Part shown: positions 61,522-64,000 of the stretch, in pieces
Numbering within the stretch: position 1 is the first letter of the stretch
Layout: each line of letters opens with the position of its first letter
IMG/VR virus record: IMGVR_UViG_3300024258_000016
Length of the DNA: 64,000 nt
Source: an uncultured virus (IMG/VR IMGVR_UViG_3300024258_000016)
Lineage: Duplodnaviria > Heunggongvirae > Uroviricota > Caudoviricetes
Reading direction: 5' to 3' (one strand)
The notes under the pieces: model-generated
The model's database searches: none
What the model saw: the letters and a program-made list of their open reading frames with translations, nothing else
What the model was told of the DNA's origin: nothing
Position numbers and translations under genes: made by a program

Positions 61522-62294
61522 TTTATTTTCTCCTTTTGTTTGTTTATCGTACTTTTCGTTTCTGAGTTTCTTCTCTAAGCTTAAGCCTCATTGCCTTGAT
61601 AAATTCCTGCTTAATCTTTTCCCCAAGCTCTTCGTAGGCATAGTCTGCACCACGACTACCCATAGACTGAGCAACTTCTCTCATTGGCAACTTAATCTCA
61701 AGAATACGATACTCTTGTCGATCCTTTGTGTCAATAAAACTATGTTCTCCAATCACAACTTCAAGATATCTTGCTTCCCTTAGTTTCTTATCAGCCATTA
61801 TTTTTCCTCCAAATGTTAATTACTTGCTTCTTTGTCAAATCTAACTTATCCCCTGCCTTTAGGCCATACAGATCTGGTTGAAATAAGGTATCATCAATTG
61901 CTACTTTTAACTGATCTCCCTTTCTGTATGTAACCTTGCCCCAAACTCGTTCTGGGATCTTTTCTTTCTTATTGAAGATTGCAATCTCTACAATCACATT
62001 CTTCTTGATTTCAGTCATAATTGGAGGTTTATCATCATCAGACTTTGCCACCATTTTATCTTTTCTTTCAAGAATTACATAAGACATCAGGTTCTATCTC
62101 CAACAACAACTTGGATTGACATCCTCTTCTTCAAAGGACATTCTTCTGGAATATCATTCTTAAAGTATCTTGCCGCATTAATGGCTGTCTTGCTTACTCC
62201 ACAAAAATCTTGCACCCTATCTCTCAAGGGGCACTTACTACAAGTTGTTACTGTGATTACTCCATTGTCATTCACTTCCCATCGATTTGCCATC

Positions 62295-63290
62295 TCAATC
62301 CTCCAATTGCGAATCTCTTACAATTCGTCTCATGTGTTTAAATAACCCTACAAGATTCAAGTCCATGAATCCATCTTCTCCCATCATCCTTTGAAACTTT
62401 TGTTCGTGAAGTTCCATCTTTTGCTCTTCGAGAGTAAGTCTTACTTTGTCCTTGTCATTAATAGTCATCATTGGAGATGATAGCTGCATCATCTTATAGT
62501 TTCTTTCAATGATGTCTTTACCTTCAAGGATATCGTTATAGATCTTTAATTTGCTCTCTTCTTTGTCAATCATGTCAGAACAGTAATCGTAAATATCGCT
62601 CATATAGATATCACGATCTTCATGAAGAAATGGAACCTTCTTTGTCAAAGTCTTAAAACCAACACCACGAACTCCATGTAAATTATCTGATGCATCACCA
62701 ATGATTGCCCTGGCCAATGCCATATTCCTTGGATGTACCTTATACTGCTCAATTATGTTCCCTACATTTAATAGTTCATTTTGAGTAGGTCTCATCAACA
62801 ATGTTGAACCATTGCAAAGTTGCATGAAATCCTTATCCGAGGACACAATAATCTTACCATATTCTTCCAGACTTGTCAAGGATGAAATGTACGAAATAAC
62901 ATCATCTGCTTCGGTCTCCGGGAACATAAATTGATGGATTGGAAGGTGTGATAAAAACTCTACAAATCTGTCCATCTGCCAATACTTGTTCTCTCTAAGG
63001 TCTTCCTCTGACATCCCCTCTGTCTCATAATTTCGACGAATGGGTTTTCTACCCTCCTTGTACTCCTTCATGATAGTACGACGCTTCTTTGACCCTCCTG
63101 GGCCGTCATAGACAGCTACTATCATATCTGGCTTAACCTTGTCACAAAGGAATTGTAACGACTTCAATGTCCCTACAATTCCCCCAATTGGATGTCCTGT
63201 CGTTGAACTGATATTTGGTACCACAATATATGACTTTAAAAATGCCATAGTTGTATCCCAAACGATAATTCTTTTCTTTCTAATTGTCAT
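62295..63290 (-). CDS. 5'-3' exonuclease (PolI-N/FEN/T4 RNase H family)
   Basis: YKEGR, EADD, SSDKDF.QL, GDASDNL.GV.GVG.KT. Confidence 0.93.
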   Translation of the reverse strand: MTIRKKRIIVWDTTMAFLKSYIVVPNISSTTGHPIGGIVGTLKSLQFLCDKVKPDMIVAVYDGPGGSKKRRTIMKEYKEGRKPIRRNYETEGMSEEDLRENKYWQMDRFVEFLSHLPIHQFMFPETEADDVISYISSLTSLEEYGKIIVSSDKDFMQLCNGSTLLMRPTQNELLNVGNIIEQYKVHPRNMALARAIIGDASDNLHGVRGVGFKTLTKKVPFLHEDRDIYMSDIYDYCSDMIDKEESKLKIYNDILEGKDIIERNYKMMQLSSPMMTINDKDKVRLTLEEQKMELHEQKFQRMMGEDGFMDLNLVGLFKHMRRIVRDSQLED

Positions 63291-64000
63291 ATAAAATTTC
63301 CTCTTCTCTGTTCTCAAAAATGAGTATACAATTTTCTCGTATATATTCTAAATCATATGTAAATGTTAAATATTGTAGTGAAGAATATACCAGAAAACGA
63401 GAATACATCACCTCTCTGTACGTTCTGTCTTCCAAAATTGTCACATATTCTTCATATTCTTTATCATACCAGATACTGTGTTTTCTAATCTTCATGGTGC
63501 TCTCCACTGTATCCGATAATTGGTCTAGTTTTATCTTCCCAGACAAGGTGAAATGCCTCGTTAAATCCCCAAAGACTTATTGAAATCATCTTTTTGTCAC
63601 TAAAGTAGACTACTTTCATCCATCTACTTGCACTATCTTCATGATAAGAATCGAGATATGCATATTCTCCACAATCATCATCATACCAAATACTATATTG
63701 TCGAAGATTCATTGCTTTACAACCCAAGTAATGTACTTTTCATTCGATTTAAACCAATACTTGTGTTCTGTAAATGTTTTATCTTTTAATTTTCCATTCA
63801 ACACTGTCATTTCCACTGTTGACGAAGAGATAATCTTTGTTACAACTTCCCATCTCTTAAGTGTTCCTTCATGAAAATAGTAAACGTCCCCTACTTTAAT
63901 ATTCATTGCTTTACAATCCAAGTGATTTCATTTTTATTTTCTTCATACCAACTCTCAGTCTCAAGGATAAACCTATTCTTTTGGATTCCACCTTTTGCCA

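Noticed and set aside
1..64000. Stop-codon reassignment
   Set aside because: Long conserved genes are intact in the standard code, all three stops are used and no suppressor tRNA was seen.

Overview
64 kb of an AT-rich large (jumbo-type) dsDNA bacteriophage. Nearly all genes lie on the minus strand, read in the standard code. The left part (1-35 kb) is an accessory/early region of short cassettes, each driven by its own TTGAC-N17-TAnnAT sigma70-type promoter repeat. It carries 8 tRNAs, a tRNA-like element, a ~400-nt structured ncRNA candidate, four covarying mini-pseudoknot motifs, two RNA ligases, two metallophosphoesterases, a deaminase, a MoxR-AAA/VWA pair, DnaJ and homing-type endonucleases. 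The right part (35-64 kb) holds chaperone, replication and nucleotide genes: GroEL, ClpP, GroES-like, dUTPase, DnaE, MT-A70 methylase, class II RNR, an intein-containing helicase, GIY-YIG, a ThyX with an altered motif, an M15A peptidase and a 5'-3' exonuclease. These are interspersed with arrays of small 'K-x-G-D' paralogues. The most striking signal is nine dispersed genes built from 39 copies of a 69-bp/23-aa 'HRIDGPA' module. The module has a near-invariant 21-bp DNA core, and its variable segments are shared identically between loci up to 30 kb apart, suggesting a combinatorially shuffled repeat-protein system. All calls are by eye; no database search was run, and many small hypothetical ORFs are not listed individually.
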